Program-made: the position numbers and the translations under genes
Assembly: GCF_001194135.2 (NCBI RefSeq)
Contig: NC_068988.1
Span: forward strand, 69,560,590 to 69,624,589
DNA from: Octopus bimaculoides
Taxonomy: Eukaryota
Length of the DNA stretch: 64,000 bases
Direction: 5' to 3'
Notes under the pieces: generated by a model
What the model was told of the DNA's origin: nothing
What the model saw: only the letters and a program-made list of their open reading frames with translations
Database searches by the model: none
In this document: one piece after another, positions 62,207 through 64,000 of the stretch
Numbering within the stretch: position 1 is the first letter of the stretch
Layout: each line of letters opens with the position of its first letter

Positions 62207-63694
62207 TTAAATCAACAACAATCAAGAAGAGCTATGGTTCATACAGCTATGATAGGAATTCAACATAGTTTTTGTCTAAACTTTGTGTTGAGCTAAGGTT
62301 ATGGTAAAGAGGATATATCTATCAAAAGTATTGCACAATGATATTGAACCTGCAACAAGGGGATTGTAAAGCAAAATTCTTAACTGCTCAGACTATCAGT
62401 TTGTCATGAACATCTCAACTCAACCCCTATGTCAGTAACCTTCCTCTTACTATTGCCTGCGAAATTTTATTCATCAGTGAAATGTGGCTTTTTATCACAG
62501 AGGTTAGAAATGAAGATATTCTTTATGATATCTTCTTCATTGCATTGTATCTCTGAATTCAAATACCATTTGTGTTAATAAATAACTGCCAGTCATTTGC
62601 TCCTTTACTGATTGTCCAATGTAACAGAGATACTTGCTACAAGTGAAGAAAATTTTTATATATGTATTCCGTTCATGCTTTTAGGATCCATTCAAGAAAA
62701 TTTTCTTTAGAGAGTGTCAGAAACAGTAAAGTATTGGATAAAACACCATGAGGTATTTCTTTGAAATATTTACTAATTCTAATCCTGCTTATGTCAACTT
62801 TATCTTTTGTTACTGTGGTGTTGATAGGCTAAAGTGCCTGTCAAGAACCAAGGGCAATATATCTGACCAAACCCTTCCACTGAAAATGACTGATCTCGTA
62901 TCTAAATTAGAAACATTAAGATGGCAAGGTGGTAGAATTGTTACAGCCTTGCATAAAAATGCTTTGTGATATTTCATTCAGCTCTTTACATTCTGTGTTC
63001 AGATTCCACCAAGAACGACTTTACTTTTGACCTTTTTGCAAGAGATAAAATAAAGTACCACTCAATTGCTGGAATGTGCCAAATTTTGAAACAATTATTA
63101 TTATAGTTGTTATTATTAAGGTTGGTAGAATGGCAATACCATTACAGCATTTCTTCTGAATCAACATTCTGAGCTGAAATCCTGTCATGGTCAACTTTGC
63201 CTTTTATTTTTTCAGGGTTGATTAAATATAGTCCCAGTCAAGAACTAAGTCCAAGGCATTGACTAATCTCTCTAGTCAAAATTGCTGATCTTGAGCTAAA
63301 ATCAGGAACCATTGATTTCATTGTGAATAGCTTCAGTAAATCAGCTTTTGTAGCTAATGTACTGGAAAGAGAGAAGAACAAATTCTCTGATTTGTCCTCT
63401 GCTGATATCATTCTCATAACTAATTTATTTATAATAAATAGTCATGTTTAAAAATATGTTAGGAGATAGACTGGAGTACGTAGAAGCTGTGTAAGATGCC
63501 AAGTCTTCTGAAATTCTCTTACATAATCTACTGGCAACTGACTAACTAATAAGCCAGGTGGCAATGATGGCAGCGGTGAGAGCAACAGAGACAATGGCAT
63601 TTGCAGCACTGGCAGCTACAGTTACAGTAGTGGTGGTGGTAGTCAATCCTATGAAGTTTCCTTTCAGCTTGTCAATTTATTGCAAATGTTCACT

Positions 63695-63856
63695 CACTGA
63701 GTGGTTGGCATTAGGAAGGGCATCCAGCTGTAGAAACTCTGCCAAATTAGATTGGAGCCTGGTGTTGCCATCTGGTTTCACCAGTCCTCAGTCAAATCGT
63801 CCAACCCATGCTAGCATGGAAAGCGGACGTTAAACGATGATGATGATGATGATGAT
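63695..63856 (+). mobile_element. RTE 3' fragment with (GAT)n tail
   Basis: Near-identical to 2087-2257. Confidence 0.88.
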
Positions 63857-64000
63857 TTGGTAGTTTGAAGCAAATTTCTACTGCATCACCTGTTGCTGGG
63901 GTCTGTGTAGCATTGTGCATTCTTTTCTGTTATTGAGTGTGCAAACTCCAGTATTGTATTGTGTATTCTTTTTTCTCTTGAGGTGTGGTGCAATTATTAT

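Noticed and set aside
63540-63700. Gly/Ser-rich or Ala/Val-rich coding exon
   Set aside because: It derives from a degenerate trinucleotide tract, runs into an RTE fragment and has no convincing splice sites.
1096-63833. The many 60-300 aa ORFs rich in HT, YI, CV, LS or X
   Set aside because: They are translations of microsatellites, N-gaps or TE antisense strands, with no protein-family signal.

Overview
Eukaryotic, AT-rich, microsatellite-dense genomic DNA with many N-gaps. The repeat content most resembles an octopod cephalopod; this is inference from recalled repeat families and was not checked against a database. I found no intact host protein-coding exon, and almost all ORFs in the supplied track are artefacts of microsatellites, N-gaps or TE antisense strands. 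The window is a mosaic of decayed mobile elements: an internally deleted RTE LINE plus several 3' fragments, four Tc1/mariner elements (Hsmar1-like, two other mariners, DD37D/maT-like), a full-span Chapaev3 transposon with CAC-type termini and TTA TSD, CR1/L2 and Penelope ORF remnants, piggyBac- and hAT-like MITEs, and several tRNA-derived SINE families. Highlights for follow-up: (1) two copies of a TSD-flanked foldback element whose arms join a tRNA-derived Pol III head to a Penelope-type minimal hammerhead ribozyme (42045-42653, 60903-61290); (2) two further unrelated hammerhead motifs (2676-2739, 13932-13971); (3) an ORF1-only (HAL1-like) retroelement with a zinc knuckle and an unrecognised C-terminal domain (51303-52970); (4) hAT-like MITEs carrying telomere-like repeats; (5) minus-strand recursive-splice-like sites; (6) a 2.6 kb degenerate 36-bp array; (7) a CpG-retaining island containing a pre-miRNA-like hairpin. 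Boundaries were read by eye and those of decayed elements are approximate.
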